From assembly GCA_032718475.1 (NCBI GenBank), contig JAUCBJ010001385.1, forward strand, positions 44,457-108,456: a stretch of 64,000 nucleotides of DNA, written 5' to 3'. Below are positions 1-12,750 of this stretch, piece after piece; positions within the stretch are counted from its first letter, which is position 1; each line of letters opens with the position of its first letter. The notes beneath the pieces were generated by a model. The model saw nothing but the letters and a program-made list of their open reading frames with translations. It did not search any database and had not been told where the DNA came from. This DNA is from Nemertoderma westbladi (lineage: Eukaryota > Animalia > Xenacoelomorpha). The position numbers and the translations under genes were made by a program.

Positions 1-305
1 TTATTATATTTATGTTCTAGAATAGTGTATAATATTTATATTTTGTTCTAGAATTCTACAATGTTGCCATGGGAACAATGATTTACGTTATAAAAAACGG
101 AACTGTTGCCTTTTTATCTGATACAGAACTAGAACATAATCTATGGATTCCATCGAGTTAAGTCGGACAGGTTTCCTGTGATCGGATAAAGGCTACTGGG
201 TAGGTTGCAATAACTGTGTAGATAAGTAAAGTTTGTGACTATGGATGTATGGAAAGATGGTCTCGCGTGCTGCGATAGAATTAAAGAGTTAGAGAACGCC
301 CTTCT

Positions 306-961
306 GTATTTTATTGTTAAATTTCTGGATTACTTAAACGCTCGTCTATGGACGAGCCGTAAGTAATCCACCTATTTATTTATCGCTCGCGCTGCCTTGG
401 TTACTATTAATAACAGAGTGTATTATTAACTATTTCTTGTTGCAGTTACTTAATATAGTAAATTACCTAATATAAGGTATTTCTTTTATACTAGAGCTAG
501 AATGTTCGTTCGCATGTTAGCTATTATTTTTATAATTTTATTACATTTTTTTTCAAAATGGGTCTAAATTAATATTCTAGCGGAGATAGTTTTTGTTATT
601 TTTAAAATACTGTTCTAGAACATGTTTTCTGGTTTATAAAAATTTTCCAGAATCGTTTTCTGTAACCTTTTTAAGAGATCTAGAACATAGTTCTAGAAAT
701 TTTGTATATAATAGCGAAAATGTTCGCGAATCGTGAACAAAACCTACTAATATAAGAAATGGCTACTATTATCTATTATACATCTTGTTAAGTAATCGAG
801 AAATTTAACAATAAAACAACATATTATATTGTGTATAATGTACCTTCATCTCAGTTCGGTCCCTCGTTTCAATATTTCACTCACTCGGTGCGCTCGTTCG
901 TGTAAATATTAACACTCGTGACCGGCGTGAGATAAAGTCCTACATTATACACAATATAATA
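306..961. repeat. Non-autonomous DNA-element-like region with two pairs of inverted repeats
   Basis: Inverted pairs ~306-336/789-819 (ttttattgttaaatttct..attactta) and ~821-842/941-961 (tattatattgtgtataatgta) around a cactcactcggtgcgctcgttcgtg core. A related motif occurs at ~10320-10350. Family not assigned. Confidence 0.4.
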
Positions 962-1655
962 AATAGTTATTGCACCACAGATCCATCCAACGCCATTTTT
1001 TATAGTAGGTCTACTACGATGCATCAATTCCGTGATTATGTAATGACTGATAACTTAGACCAAACCTTGATGGTAACTGTACCATTACCAAATCCCGCCA
1101 ACCGTAAAAAGTGGTCGCGGTGAACGTGAGAAACGTGAGCTATAGCTATAATAGCTGGTTTCCTATTTTATTTGCTAATAATAAGTGAGAATAAGAATAG
1201 ACTTGCTTGGTGCACTTTAGGAGGTTGAGTAACTGCACCAATAATATGTTACAATAACACAATAATATTGGTCAATAATCATGAGATGAAAACATCCTTG
1301 GTGCCGTCTCATAATCGGACACCAACTCTTAGCATACGGGTCATAAATAGGCCTAAATAACGAAATGGGTAAAGGATATAACTTTCAGACATTTCGCCGC
1401 CTATCGACACACTCGAGAAAGACACAGTTAATGGTTTAATAGGTATTACTACTTTTGCTCCATAAACCAATTTTTAAACCATTTTTGAGATATTAGACAA
1501 AAAACGATAATACGTATTATTAATTTTAATAAATTACGAGACTCAAAGTTAAAATGAATATTGTGATAGTATAACAGTAGTCAGTACTTCCTAAATAAGT
1601 TTATAAATAAAGTAAATACAGTAGTATGATTTTGTATAGCGGTATTTATAGTATC

Positions 1656-1922
1656 TCAAAGAATTACGCAAACGTCACTAGATCTTTTGGGTTTAATGGA
1701 GCCAACGTTGTCGTTACTATTCCAAACATCTTTTTCTATCAACCATTCGCCGTCGAATTGCTTCCAAACTGTCAAAGATTTCCCGTTAAACATAATCCTT
1801 CCTTTTTCTTTTGACTCATCCCCACTGATTAGTATGTCATTTTGAACAAGAACAATATCTTCAAATTTCTCTAATTCTATAACATTAATATCCAGATTTC
1901 TGGCCCCTGATTTGTAGATTTG
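1656..1922 (-). CDS. DUF4440/YybH-like NTF2-fold (SnoaL-like) protein, exon 2 (last)
   Basis: Acceptor ttttgcag|CAA at 1922, phase 0. Encodes GKSLTVWKQFDGEWLIEKDVWNSN, the typical DUF4440 C-terminal motif (GKY..VWK...GEW.I..D.WNS), and ends KPKRSSDVCVIL*. Confidence 0.75.
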   Translation of the reverse strand, partial: QIYKSGARNLDINVIELEKFEDIVLVQNDILISGDESKEKGRIMFNGKSLTVWKQFDGEWLIEKDVWNSNDNVGSIKPKRSSDVCVIL

Positions 1923-2589
1923 CTGCAAAAAATACAAATATTAGAAGAAGTGTTAAAAATGTTCCAGCTACAGCTACTCACACTGTAACCTCGGAACATT
2001 CCCTGTCCTTTATGGTACGTTAGATAACTATTATTAAAATGTAGAATAATATAAAAATATTATTACTATATTTAATTAACACAAAAAAGTCACATAGTAA
2101 AATAAAAGTCTAACTAAAAGAAACACAAGTTCGAGGCACGATGAAAAAAGACAAGGTAATGTGGTAATGCGGCTTCACATTATCAATAAATAAATATACC
2201 AATACGTGAAAGAAGGAAATTGAATTCTATTAATAATATAAACTTTAGAATTAGCCTAGATACACAAACAGCAGAACAAAATAGGTAATTTAAGATTTCC
2301 GAATTCCACAATACGAAAACCTTATTATAAACCAGTTTAGCCAATTCGATTAGGTTTCCCGGGTTTTGCAAAGACTCTTGAACGAGTTTGCAAGACGGGG
2401 AAACAAAAAAAAATTACAAAAAACAAACTTGATTGGATGTTTGTTGATAAACCCCTCGGCGTACCACCAAATAGCGAAATCAACATTGGCTCAATTTCTA
2501 TTAATTGTGCTTGTCCTCATCGCATGGGGTTAGCCCTACAACAATGTAGAAGGGGAAGTAGCAGATATCGTTCGCACAGTCACAGACAC

Positions 2590-3060
2590 TGACTTTCAGA
2601 TGATGTCGGTCTGCTTTCTAAAATACGCTAGCTGATGAACAACCACTACTGAATAAGGTGGAAAGGGTTGTTAAGGAGTTTGGATTGAATATAAATGCTA
2701 TCAAAACCAAATTCATAACTTTTAATATTAATGGAAGCCGTCGACTATATTCAACTTAAAAGTTGACGACTTCCAGTACCTTGGCTCCTGGATAAGAGCA
2801 CGATAAAAATAGAATTTAGAAAAGCAGAGGACTTATCAAAAATGGATACCATCTGGAAATCAGAAAGCCTCTATAACCTGAAGAAAACCAAGTTCTTTCG
2901 AACCACAGTTTTATACGGGGGTGAGACCTGGACATTAACAAAATCACTTAAACAACGAATTGATGGTTGCTACACAAGACTACTAAGGGCATCCCTAAAC
3001 ATCAGCTGGAGACAACACATGACAAACGCCGAGCTTTATGGCACAATACCAACTGTACAC
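2590..3060 (+). mobile_element. Degenerate RTE-clade non-LTR retrotransposon fragment (RT C-terminal part)
   Basis: Frameshifted remnants DD.., GLNINAIKTK, VDDFQYLGSWI, LYGGETWTLTK..RIDGCYTRLLR. Confidence 0.75.
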
Positions 3061-3064
3061 CCTG

Positions 3065-3580
3065 TACGTACATCCTGTTCATTCTGTACATATCTACTAT
3101 GATGGGATAGATGAGCTTTAAACACTCAGGTATTTTAAAGACCTCAGGGGGAACACCATCTACTCCACTGGCACGATTGGTCTTAATGCTCTTTGCAGCA
3201 GCCTTCACTTCTGCAAAGGAGATATCGCCAATGGGAATATCTGGGAGTACAGACTCAGACACTTTTACTTCTATAAAGTTATCGGGCAATACCCTGTCAT
3301 TATTGAGGAGCTTTTCAAAGTGGGCCTTCCAACCATTGAGGCGATCGGCTGGTGATTCTGCCTTAACCTTGGTGGTTGGTTGGCTTTTCCGCCCAGTAAG
3401 CAAGTTGATCAATTTCCATGCCTGGGATGATTGCCTGCTGTCGTTAGCATCATTGATGGCATCAACCTGTTGGTTTATTAGCTCCTGTAGATTAACAGAG
3501 TACTGCCTGTTCAGGGACCTAGATGCAGCCTTAACTGCATTCTTGGCCGCCATAGTCTGATAGAGTCGGGACTCTTTCAA
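3065..3580 (-). mobile_element. RTE-like LINE fragment (region upstream of RT, SGVDGVPPE motif)
   Basis: WKAHFEKLLN..RASGVDGVPPEVFK. Near-identical DNA at ~26490-26600 and related DNA at ~18320-18450. Confidence 0.8.
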
Positions 3581-3780
3581 TTAATGTATTCAGTGGCCAC
3601 TTCTACTGCTGGAGAAGTAAACACGATGAGGTAATACCAGATCTACTTTTCTACTACATAGTACTGTAATAATAGCACAGTGGCAGATGATGATATTGAC
3701 AGATAGGAGGCCATGAGGAGGTAAATTGAGGACATACAGTACAAGGTATCAGATAGTATTTCCAGGTCTATCTTTTACCT

Positions 3781-3854
3781 GAGCCGCTAGCTGAATGGTT
3801 AGAGAGTCAGACTTCCAACCCGGAGGTCACCAGTTCGATCCCACCTGGACGTCA
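3781..3854 (+). mobile_element. tRNA-derived SINE head / tRNA pseudogene (TCC in the anticodon-like loop)
   Basis: A-box tagctgaatgg, B-box gttcgatccc, loop cttccaa. The acceptor and T stems do not pair well. Confidence 0.55.
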
Positions 3855-4030
3855 TTGCCGACTTTGCAAAAGCTGTGTCAAACAAAGAGTTATATCTTAT
3901 CTACTTTCCAGGCAACCAACACAATGGAGGCGCTCCCGCGGACAACCGGCTACAACCATAGAAATTGAGAAACGGGAAGGAAGCCTGGAAGGTTCTCATT
4001 TCCACAGTCCGAGCTTGCTCGACTGTAGTA

Positions 4031-4963
4031 CCCAGTGAAAAGTGCGCAAGCCTATCGCAAGCGTGCAACGCAGGCGTATCTCAAGTGATTCCCAAGAGTT
4101 ATGGCCCGACCTTTACGCAAGCGATTTACTTGAGTTATGTCACATAAATATCGCAACAACTTGCGTTAAGTCGCATAAAAATCACAACAACTTGCGTTCA
4201 GTCGCATAAAACTCGCATGCGATTCACTTGCGACTTTCAAGCGTCATGGCGCATAAATATTGCAAAAATCTACTGGTTGTGAGTTTTGTGTAATATATTG
4301 AGACCTTTGTGACAGAAAATATGATACAGTAGTTGATTATTCCACTACTGTTTGATACTATGGGCTTCCGTATCATCTGCCTACTGTACTTACCTTACAT
4401 TACATTACATTACATTACATTACACTCTCTAGACTTAGAACATTAGACATGCTGTATGAATAAATACTAGAAATGGTTGGTTATATAGAGGATAATACAA
4501 ATAGATTAGAATAACCATGATACACTTTTAACTATTCCCTATAATTTTCTATTCTATAAAATATATTAATATAATCTCTGTATTCGACAGCCATATTAGA
4601 TAATTCGTATTCATCAATTTTATATTTTAAAACTATTTATTTCTTGATAGGCAACTTTATTTTAATTAATAATCTTTAGTGTAATTATAAACATGCGATT
4701 CATATGGGAATTAACGCATGATATTCTCATGGTGTAAAACATGCGTAAAATAAGCGTTAAATGAGGTGTGATTCGCATGCGATTTTCATGCACGGAATCA
4801 CATGCGTAAAATAAGTTGTGAATCGCATGCGTGGAATCGCTTCCCTATTTTACATGTGATTCACATGCGAATCACAAGAGTTTTATCGCTATTTATTGAG
4901 CCGCAATAAAAACGCATGACGCTTTAAAATCACTCGCGATACGCATGCGCATTTTTCACTGGG
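4031..4963. mobile_element. MITE / non-autonomous DNA transposon with CCCAGTGAAAA termini, TA-flanked
   Basis: ~30-bp imperfect TIRs (cccagtgaaaagtgcgcaagcctatcgc / gcgatacgcatgcgcatttttcactggg), TA on both sides, subterminal cgcatgcg repeats and an internal (cattac-like)n run. Confidence 0.75.
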
Positions 4964-5260
4964 TAGTAGTAGTAGTAGTAGTAAAGAAATTAGTCTAGGT
5001 GTAGAGCCAAAGAGATTTGTTTTCTTCCGTTTTATAAAGTCATCCGAACAAGTTTGTAAAAGTCGAGAAAACAAAAAAAAAGGGGGGTTTCAAATATGGC
5101 CACAAAAGGCTACCGTAATCGTATGAATTTGTGACATTATCGAATAAACCAAGATTATCAAAGACTCTCTCATCAGGAGACCGTAACCACTTGTAAACCG
5201 TTGGCCGGTCGGTCGCCCCACACACTACAGTAAATACCTACTATACACTACAATACTCAC

Positions 5261-5431
5261 TCTATATATGGGTACAACATATTCTGGTCCGTACCCAAGT
5301 GGTCTGTTTGGCGGCATTATCTTTGCCAGAGGGGCATATCTCTTGCCAATCAACTCGTAATTTCCATCATTAAAATGTTTTCCTTGACCGCACTCTAATT
5401 CTGTTATCAATTTGCGAAGCTCTTCGTCCAT
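5261..5431 (-). CDS. DUF4440/YybH-like NTF2-fold protein, exon 1
   Basis: ATG at 5431, 171 nt, donor AGA|gtgagt at 5261/5260. FNDGNYELIGKRYAPLAKIMPPNRP matches the FN.GD...Y..DA..MPPN.P N-terminal motif. Splices in frame to exon 2 to give 145 aa. Confidence 0.7.
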
Positions 5432-6780
5432 TATCGAGAAAAGTCCGTCTAATTTATATAATTACTACCAGTACCAGCACCGTTAGAAGTAAATAAGGAC
5501 TACTTCGGCAGACTTAATGTATTATTTTGAGTAAATCGAATATAAAGTTACTTTTAGAAAAAATAAGTATTTTCTTATTACGAAATAATGGCCCAAGTGT
5601 AATGAAGATAGAGATTTGTTGGTCTTAATTATCTCAATGCGAAATTTTTACGTCTTAATTGTCGTTAATATGAAGTTTAAGACCTTTTTGGTATTAATAT
5701 TCAATTCAGGAAAAATACAAAAGATTTCCGAAATGGAAATTTCAGAGCCTTGAACGTTTTGCCCCAATTGCTTTTGTCTATTGCTATATTAGTCCGACAG
5801 AAACAGTTTCTAATGGCCAGTCTAAAGGCCCAGTTATACTCGTCCGTAAGAGGTCAACGTCAACGGCCTCATCCATGGCCGTACGGTGCCGTACGGAATC
5901 TACAGTTGTTTTACGACCGTACAGTATATTACCGTACGGCATACCAAACCTACCGTACGGCCACCTGACGGCGCTGTAGGGACAAATATCACAATTTCTT
6001 ACCGCACGGTCACCGTACGGCTGTGTACGGCCTTTTAACGCCTACGCTTTTAACGCCGGCTGCGTACGGCCTACATTTTAAAGTATAAAGTATACAGTAA
6101 AAGCAATTTAATAGGCCTACTGTAGAAATATCATAACTTTAATTTAGATATGTAGTTAAATAAAATTTGAAACAAAACAAATGTTAGTTATAGATAAAGG
6201 GAGGGAGGGCTTACGGAACAATGAGTGGTTGTTTGTAACAACTGTGCTCATTTAACCAGTGTTAGTGTATCGGCTATCGATTAAACTATTACCATTGATC
6301 GTACCGAGAACACTGCGTTGTAGGCTGGCACAGTCAGCGAATCAGAGACAGGACACAATTGTTAAAATTTGCAACTCAAATAGGAACAGGTTTGTAAAGC
6401 GCTGCCTCCTTCCATTTCTACATATACTGCACTACATACAGTATACTGTAGACAAATTATAAGTAATACTATCATTTGTCTCAATAACAATTTGTAATGA
6501 GACTACGTCCACCAATTAATTGCGTAGACCCCCACCACCTCTGATCCTGACTAACCAACCCCCCCCCCCCCCCCCCCCCCCGACCCCCAACTTCCTCAAT
6601 CCATTGCCGTTGACCACATCGCCTCACATATTTAAATTAAGAAAAGCTTAGACCAGTAGATTATCTGATATCCTCGTGTAAATGGTAATTGGTGCCGGAA
6701 ACTTCATTAAGCTGGGCTGGAGAGCTATCAAACCAAATTAGATAGACTTAATGATGGATATGATGTACGTTACAATTTTA

Positions 6781-8263
6781 TCAGGAACCGAGAGGTTCAT
6801 TACTGTAAGAATTGCTCGAGACTGGCTGGCTGACTGACTGATCTACAGCCAAAACCACTCTAACGATTTTGATGAAATTTTCACAGCGGCTAGATACCGC
6901 GATTCTAAGGTCCCTGGTATGTTCCGCTATTTCGTCCATGAGCCGTGGGCTCGAAAAATAGACATAAACGAAAATACGCCATAGGCGCAATGGTAAAATA
7001 ACACCAATAACAGCTGGTGTCGTGATGAAAAATGGCTTATGTAATGGATTTCTACACTTAGTTCTAGGCTTAGTATAAATCGATGAGGTTGCCAAGATTA
7101 TTGTACTCAGTACACCCATACTGTTTGTTTAGGCCCTAGGACACTCTATCAAAGCAAATATTAACTGGTTGGTTTAGTTTGAAATCTATTATCGCCTCAG
7201 ATGAATTACTCTTCCCAATGCATTCTATAGGAATATCTCAATCTGCTAATGTAAGCTGAATGACTTAAGTACACAGTGTGTTGGCTACATTAATGCCAAC
7301 ATTATTGCAAAATGTTTTATTGTTGGATTACTCTCCCCTTCAGAACATTGTATAGGGAATTTACTTTAGTTTACTCTACTGTGCCATTCAGCTGAATGGA
7401 TTTGAGCGATTGCCAAGTTACAGAGTTGGATAATTTTCTGACCATAGGCAAAGACATCAAATCTTTTTAAAAAGATACTTTTTCCATGTTTTTTTTCTGA
7501 CCAAAAATTTCAAAAAAAAATTTTTCGTAGCCAGTACTGCCAATCGATTTGCCATCAAAAATAACGCAAAAAATTTTTTTTGCAAAATTTTAAATTACTG
7601 TAAATTTTTGGCGACTGGGGGGGGGTCAATTTTTTTCGATCCGCTATAACTCCGGAACGCTTTGTCGAAATTCGATGGGGTTTTGATTTTTCAACTTAAT
7701 TCGATGTCCTCTTTCAGCCTATCCATGTTTCGAAACCCCAAACAGCGCCGTTCAAAAGTTAATTTTTTCTAGTTCTAGAATTTTACAAATTTCAATAAAG
7801 TTGCAGTATTTTATTAACGCCTTTACGGAATTCGATAGCGTTTTCGATTTTTATAATAAACGCAATATCCTGAAACTCACTAGCCTAGTTTCGCGTCACC
7901 AATGCCAAGACTTCATACTTTTTGAGGAAAATGTTTCTAGAATAATTTTTATTCAAATTACATTTATCGCGATTTCTTATTACTGGTTGCACATGAATTG
8001 ATGGAGTTTTCACTTTATTAACTAAACACGATATCGCGCATAGCACCAGCGTGGTTTCGAAATTCCAAAACGAGGTCTTCACTAGTTGCAGGTCGATTTT
8101 GTTCTAGAATTGAGCAACTAATAATAGATCGAATTTATTAATAATTATTGTATGAAATATGATTGTATTTTTACATAATTATTAGTTCTATACTAATTCT
8201 CGTTGTCTCTTTTATTTAAAATAAAAAGTCGGTTCCTTATCGGGCCGCTAGGCCCGTCACTAG
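6781..8263 (+). mobile_element. Non-autonomous Helitron/Helentron-like element
   Basis: A|TC start at 6781, 3' hairpin cgggcc-gcta-ggcccg (8241-8256), then CTAG|T at 8260-8263. Subterminal inverted repeat aggaaccga/tcggttcct and a (ctga/ctgg)n run near the 5' end. Confidence 0.6.
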
Positions 8264-8304
8264 TTATCAAAAACAATTGTATTTGTTGTGGTACACCTTA
8301 ATTA

Positions 8305-10003
8305 ACTTTAACAAATAAGTAGGCCTACACGTCGTGTGTTGTGTTAACAGATAAGTAGGCCTACACGTCGTGTGTTGTGTTAACAAATAAGTAGGCCAAC
8401 ACGTCGTGTGTTGTGTTAACAAATAAGTAGGCCTACACGTCGTGTTTTGTGTTAACAAATAAGTAGGCCTACACGTCGTGTGTTGTGTTAACAAATAAGT
8501 AGGCCTACACGTCGTGTGTTGTGTTAACAAATAAGTAGGCCTACACGTCGTGTGTTGTGTTAACAAATAATTAGGCCTACACGTCGTGTGTTGTGTTAAC
8601 AAATAAGTAGGCCTACACGTCGTGTGTTGTGTTAACAAATAAGTAGGCCTACACGTCGTGTGTTGTGTTAACAAATAAGTAGGCCTACACGTCGTGTTTT
8701 GTGTTAACAAATAAGTAGGCCTACACGTCGTGTGTTGTGTTAACAGATAAGTAGGCCTACACGTCGTGTGTTGTGTTAACAAATAAGTAGGCCTACACGT
8801 CGTGTGTTGTGTTAACAAATAAGTAGGCCTACACGTCGTGTGTTGTGTTAACAAATAAGTAGGCCTACACGTCGTGTTTTGTGTTAACAAATAAGTAGGC
8901 CTACACGTCGTGTTTTGTGTTAACAAATAAGTAGGCCTACACGTCGTGTGTTGTGTTAACAAATAAGTAGGCCTACACGTCGTGTGTTGTGTTAACAAAT
9001 AAGTAGGCCTACACGTCGTGTGTTGTGTTAACAAATAAGTAGGCCTACACGTCGTGTGTTGTGTTAACAAATAAGTAGGCCTACACGTCGTGTGTTGTGT
9101 TAACAAATAATTAGGCCTACACGTCGTGTGTTGTGTTAACAAATAAGTAGGCCTACACGTCGTGTGTTGTGTTAACAAATAAGTAGGCCTACACGTCGTG
9201 TGTTGTGTTAACAAATAAGTAGGCCTACACGTCGTGTTTTGTGTTAACAAATAAGTAGGCCTACACGTCGTGTGTTGTGTTAACAGATAAGTAGGCCTAC
9301 ACGTCGTGTGTTGTGTTAACAAATAAGTAGGCCTACACGTCGTGTGTTGTGTTAACAAATAAGTAGGCCTACACGTCGTGTGTTGTGTTAACAAATAAGT
9401 AGGCCTACACGTCGTGTTTTGTGTTAACAAATAAGTAGGCCTACACGTCGTGTTTTGTGTTAACAAATAAGTAGGCCTACACGTCGTGTGTTGTGTTAAC
9501 AAATAAGTAGGCCTACACGTCGTGTGTTGTGTTAACAAATAAGTAGGCCTACACGTCGTGTGTTGTGTTAACAAATAAGTAGGCCTACACGTCGTGTGTT
9601 GTGTTAACAAATAAGTAGGCCTACACGTCGTGTTTTGTGTTAACAAATAAGTAGGCCTACACGTCGTGTTTTGTGTTAACAAATAAGTAGGCCTACACGT
9701 CGTGTGTTGTGTTAACAAATAAGTAGGCCTACACGTCGTGTGTTGTGTTAACAAATAAGTAGGCCTACACGTCGTGTTTTGTGTTAACAAATAAGTAGGC
9801 CTACACGTCGTGTGTTGTGTTAACAAATAAGTAGGCCTACACGTCGTGTGTTGTGTTAACAAATAAGTAGGCCTACACGTCGTGTTTTGTGTTAACAAAT
9901 AAGTAGGCCTACACGTCGTGTTTTGTGTTAACAAATAAGTAGGCCTACACGTCGTGTTTTGTGTTAACAAATAAGTAGGCCTACACGTCGTGTGTTGTGT
10001 TAA
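8305..10003. repeat. 36-bp tandem minisatellite, ~47 copies
   Basis: Unit gttaacaaataagtaggcctacacgtcgtgtgttgt, head to tail with no spacers. Variants recur with a 540-bp period. Confidence 0.97.
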
Positions 10004-10403
10004 TTACACTATTTTGTTATCAACAATAAAGTATAATGTTATCTATTAATATTTAATAATATAACTTATGTTATATAAAGTATAATTAATTCATGCGATT
10101 ATAAATTTGGGTGTAATCCTTGCGATTTTTAAAATTATGGAAATGGATCATTCCTCTCTGCATATCATTATAGATATCAGTTAATATTCAAAGTTTTAGA
10201 AGTACTAAGAAATAATACTACCTACTGTATTTGGAAATACTACTGGTTAGGTAATAACTATTTTACTTACTTGTGTGTAAAGTAGCACTTTACCGTGTGA
10301 TGATCCGAGTGGCTTTGTTACACGAACGAACGTTAGTGAGTGAGTGAAAATAAAGCCACGAGGATCAGAACACTGTAAAGTACTTTGCAACAAGTATGTA
10401 TGT

Positions 10404-10857
10404 AGTTTTATTCCAAAATTGTAACATTACGAAATGATTGTACATATACATTATAAGTGATAGAAACTGCTACAAATTAATATTAGTTGCTGTATAAATA
10501 AATGTAAAAATGAAATAAATTATGTTATAAATAAGTTAGCTTATTATGGTGGCGTTTGGAGCCATGATAATAATATAGCTACTGGTTATTAATAGCTATA
10601 CCCCGCCTACCGGTACGTAATGCAGTAGGCCTATCTGGCTGTCAGGCAAATTTCCACCTATTGTTTACGTGGTAACCAATGACGGCGTTACGTAATGTCC
10701 GCTAGGGGGACATTACTTAACTGATAACACCAAATACAATACTAAATGTACAGACCAATACAATGCTGAAATGTCCTCAAAAGTTGTAAAGTGCTAAATA
10801 ACAACTCGCTGTTAATACTAACGGCGTTGAGTAATGTTACAATTTTGGAATAAAACT
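10404..10857. mobile_element. Inverted-repeat-bounded non-autonomous element
   Basis: 27-bp perfect inverted repeat agttttattccaaaattgtaacattac (10404-10430) / 10831-10857. Confidence 0.55.
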
Positions 10858-11196
10858 TATTTAACTCGCAAAGAAATGAAATTTCGCAATAGGTGGACCT
10901 TTTTTCCGGATTTTTTATTGGCTCTGAGTGCTAGTTCCTTCCAGGTTGTATATGTACATACCATTATTTTATCAGTTCTTCAACACATTAGTTAAAAAAC
11001 AGTACCTACTTCGTAAAATAATAGTGAATAAAATACAAGTCCAATAAACCACCCCCAATGTTCCAAATATACAAGAATACATCCATTCGGTTAATAAGTT
11101 AGTTTTATTTAATTTAGAATGGGTTCTAAATATTATTACAATAGTTCAAGCACACACACTCTTACTCATCAGCCACGATATTTTCAATACAAAAGT

Positions 11197-11520
11197 TCAT
11201 CCACTTTTTAATATGACGGCTCCTGTCGGTGGTATACCTTGCTCTTTCCTTTTTTTTGGATGATACTGTACCATCGGCACGCTTTCTTTAACCTTGGTGC
11301 TTGGTTGCGAGACTCCCATACTGCGAATGACTTTGTGTTCCAGTGCCATATGATTGACAGGTTTAAGTCCAACACAAGCTCTGAAAATGTTTTCTATACA
11401 AGCTCTTTGTTTGAACAAAGCGTTTACAACCGGTGTATCTTTAGGTGCGAGAGGAGCTTTGAGAAGGTAACTGAGAATGGATAATACCGAGTGGAAACTT
11501 TGGTATGGTTGGTCCTCAAC
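11197..11520 (-). CDS. ISYNA1: Inositol-3-phosphate synthase, coding exon 8 (last)
   Basis: tttccag|[45 protein letters not shown]..stop. Confidence 0.95.
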   Translation of the reverse strand, partial: VEDQPYQSFHSVLSILSYLLKAPLAPKDTPVVNALFKQRACIENIFRACVGLKPVNHMALEHKVIRSMGVSQPSTKVKESVPMVQYHPKKRKEQGIPPTGAVILKSG

Positions 11521-11661
11521 CTGGAAAGTTATTAAAACTTCACAAATTAGCACATACATGTTGGACGCATTCATTACACCACCTCGTCGGTCTTAAAAAA
11601 TGTACGAACAACTAGCCTATTAATTTAAGTACTTTAATTACTTAAGTTTCAATTTAATTAC

Positions 11662-11850
11662 CTTGAAAGTGATTCGTTGACAGATCTCAGCAAGTATAAC
11701 AAGATCCAGAATGATTGGTGAAGCCAGCAGACTGTCCTCGCAGGTGTTATGTAGCACGATAGTGTTTGTTCCTCCCATCATAATCTCGCTTGTGTATTCA
11801 TCCAAAGCCCGTTTACTGTCGCCAACGTAAGGTACGTATTTGATTACAAC
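11662..11850 (-). CDS. ISYNA1: Inositol-3-phosphate synthase, coding exon 7
   Basis: [50 protein letters not shown]; AG/GT boundaries, 189 nt. Confidence 0.95.
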
Positions 11851-12106
11851 CTACAACATAATTATATTTAAATAAAATTCGGCCTACCACATTCCTATTC
11901 CACTAAGCTTGCACAATGATCATTGGTGTTCCCTAGGATGCGCCCTGGCTAGTCCCTTAATTAAAGCATTCGTGTCGAAACGAAAACTTCCCTGACCCCG
12001 GAGAGACATGAATTCAAGATGACGAATTTAACCACTACTCCAAGGTGAGAGATAAGTTTGTAAATATACACGAGTATCAAGGTGTTCTCTAGTGTACAAT
12101 ACTTAC

Positions 12107-12279
12107 ACAATGATCTGGATGTTCTCCGGGTTTGTAAAGTATATTGTTACTTTCAACCATGTCATCGACAACGTTTCGCTTGCTTATTTCCTTAGAACGG
12201 AACTGCTGTGGGGCGCTGAGGTTCTTGCCATCGTTGTTACCAAGGTGATTGTAACTAACAATTGATACTGGTTTAATAC
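12107..12279 (-). CDS. ISYNA1: Inositol-3-phosphate synthase, coding exon 6
   Basis: [33 protein letters not shown], the conserved MIPS motif; phase matches exon 5. Confidence 0.95.
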
Positions 12280-12452
12280 CTAAAGTATTATTTTTCTACC
12301 CTTATTACTAAACATTTTATGATTACTGTTAATTTATATAATGTTTTGTTATAGTTGTTAAATTTGTTATAGCATTTTAGTTCGTGGTACCGGTACTTAA
12401 CTGAATAGTTAGAATAAATTAAGTTTATTTTACGGTTCTTTGCTAGAGTTAC

Positions 12453-12603
12453 CTGCACCAATAAGGAAGTCGACTAGAACGCTCTTAACCTTCGTCTGTC
12501 CCGATTTAAAATCATCGCCACCAATAAAAACCCCTTTCTTTGACGCGAGTTCCAAAACGCCAGGAACGAATGTGTTCTGCGGCGAACCGTTTATGTAGGG
12601 GCA
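12453..12603 (-). CDS. ISYNA1: Inositol-3-phosphate synthase, coding exon 5
   Basis: [38 protein letters not shown]. Confidence 0.95.
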
Positions 12604-12750
12604 CTGCAAATGATAAATTACTGTATGAGATTTTTATTAATTTATCACATAAACATTAGAAAAATAGAAGAAATAACTTTAATTACAAGCAGCAATACTC
12701 TAGAAGTATTGGAAAAACTAATAATAATTGTTTAAAGTTGAATAACTTAC

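Noticed and set aside
3781-3854. Functional tRNA-Gly(TCC)
   Set aside because: The A/B boxes are present but the acceptor, anticodon and T stems pair poorly and no terminator follows, so it is better read as a SINE head or pseudogene.
5040-5225. 61-aa ORF as an extra exon of the DUF4440 gene
   Set aside because: Exons 1 and 2 already give a complete domain, and this ORF would need a ~36-nt intron and lacks family motifs.
8267-9970. 567-aa ORF of (LLTQHTTCRPTY)n; also a CRISPR-like 36-bp repeat length
   Set aside because: The stop-free frame is a by-product of a 36-bp unit and starts at a non-ATG codon. There are no unique spacers and no cas genes, and the context is eukaryotic.
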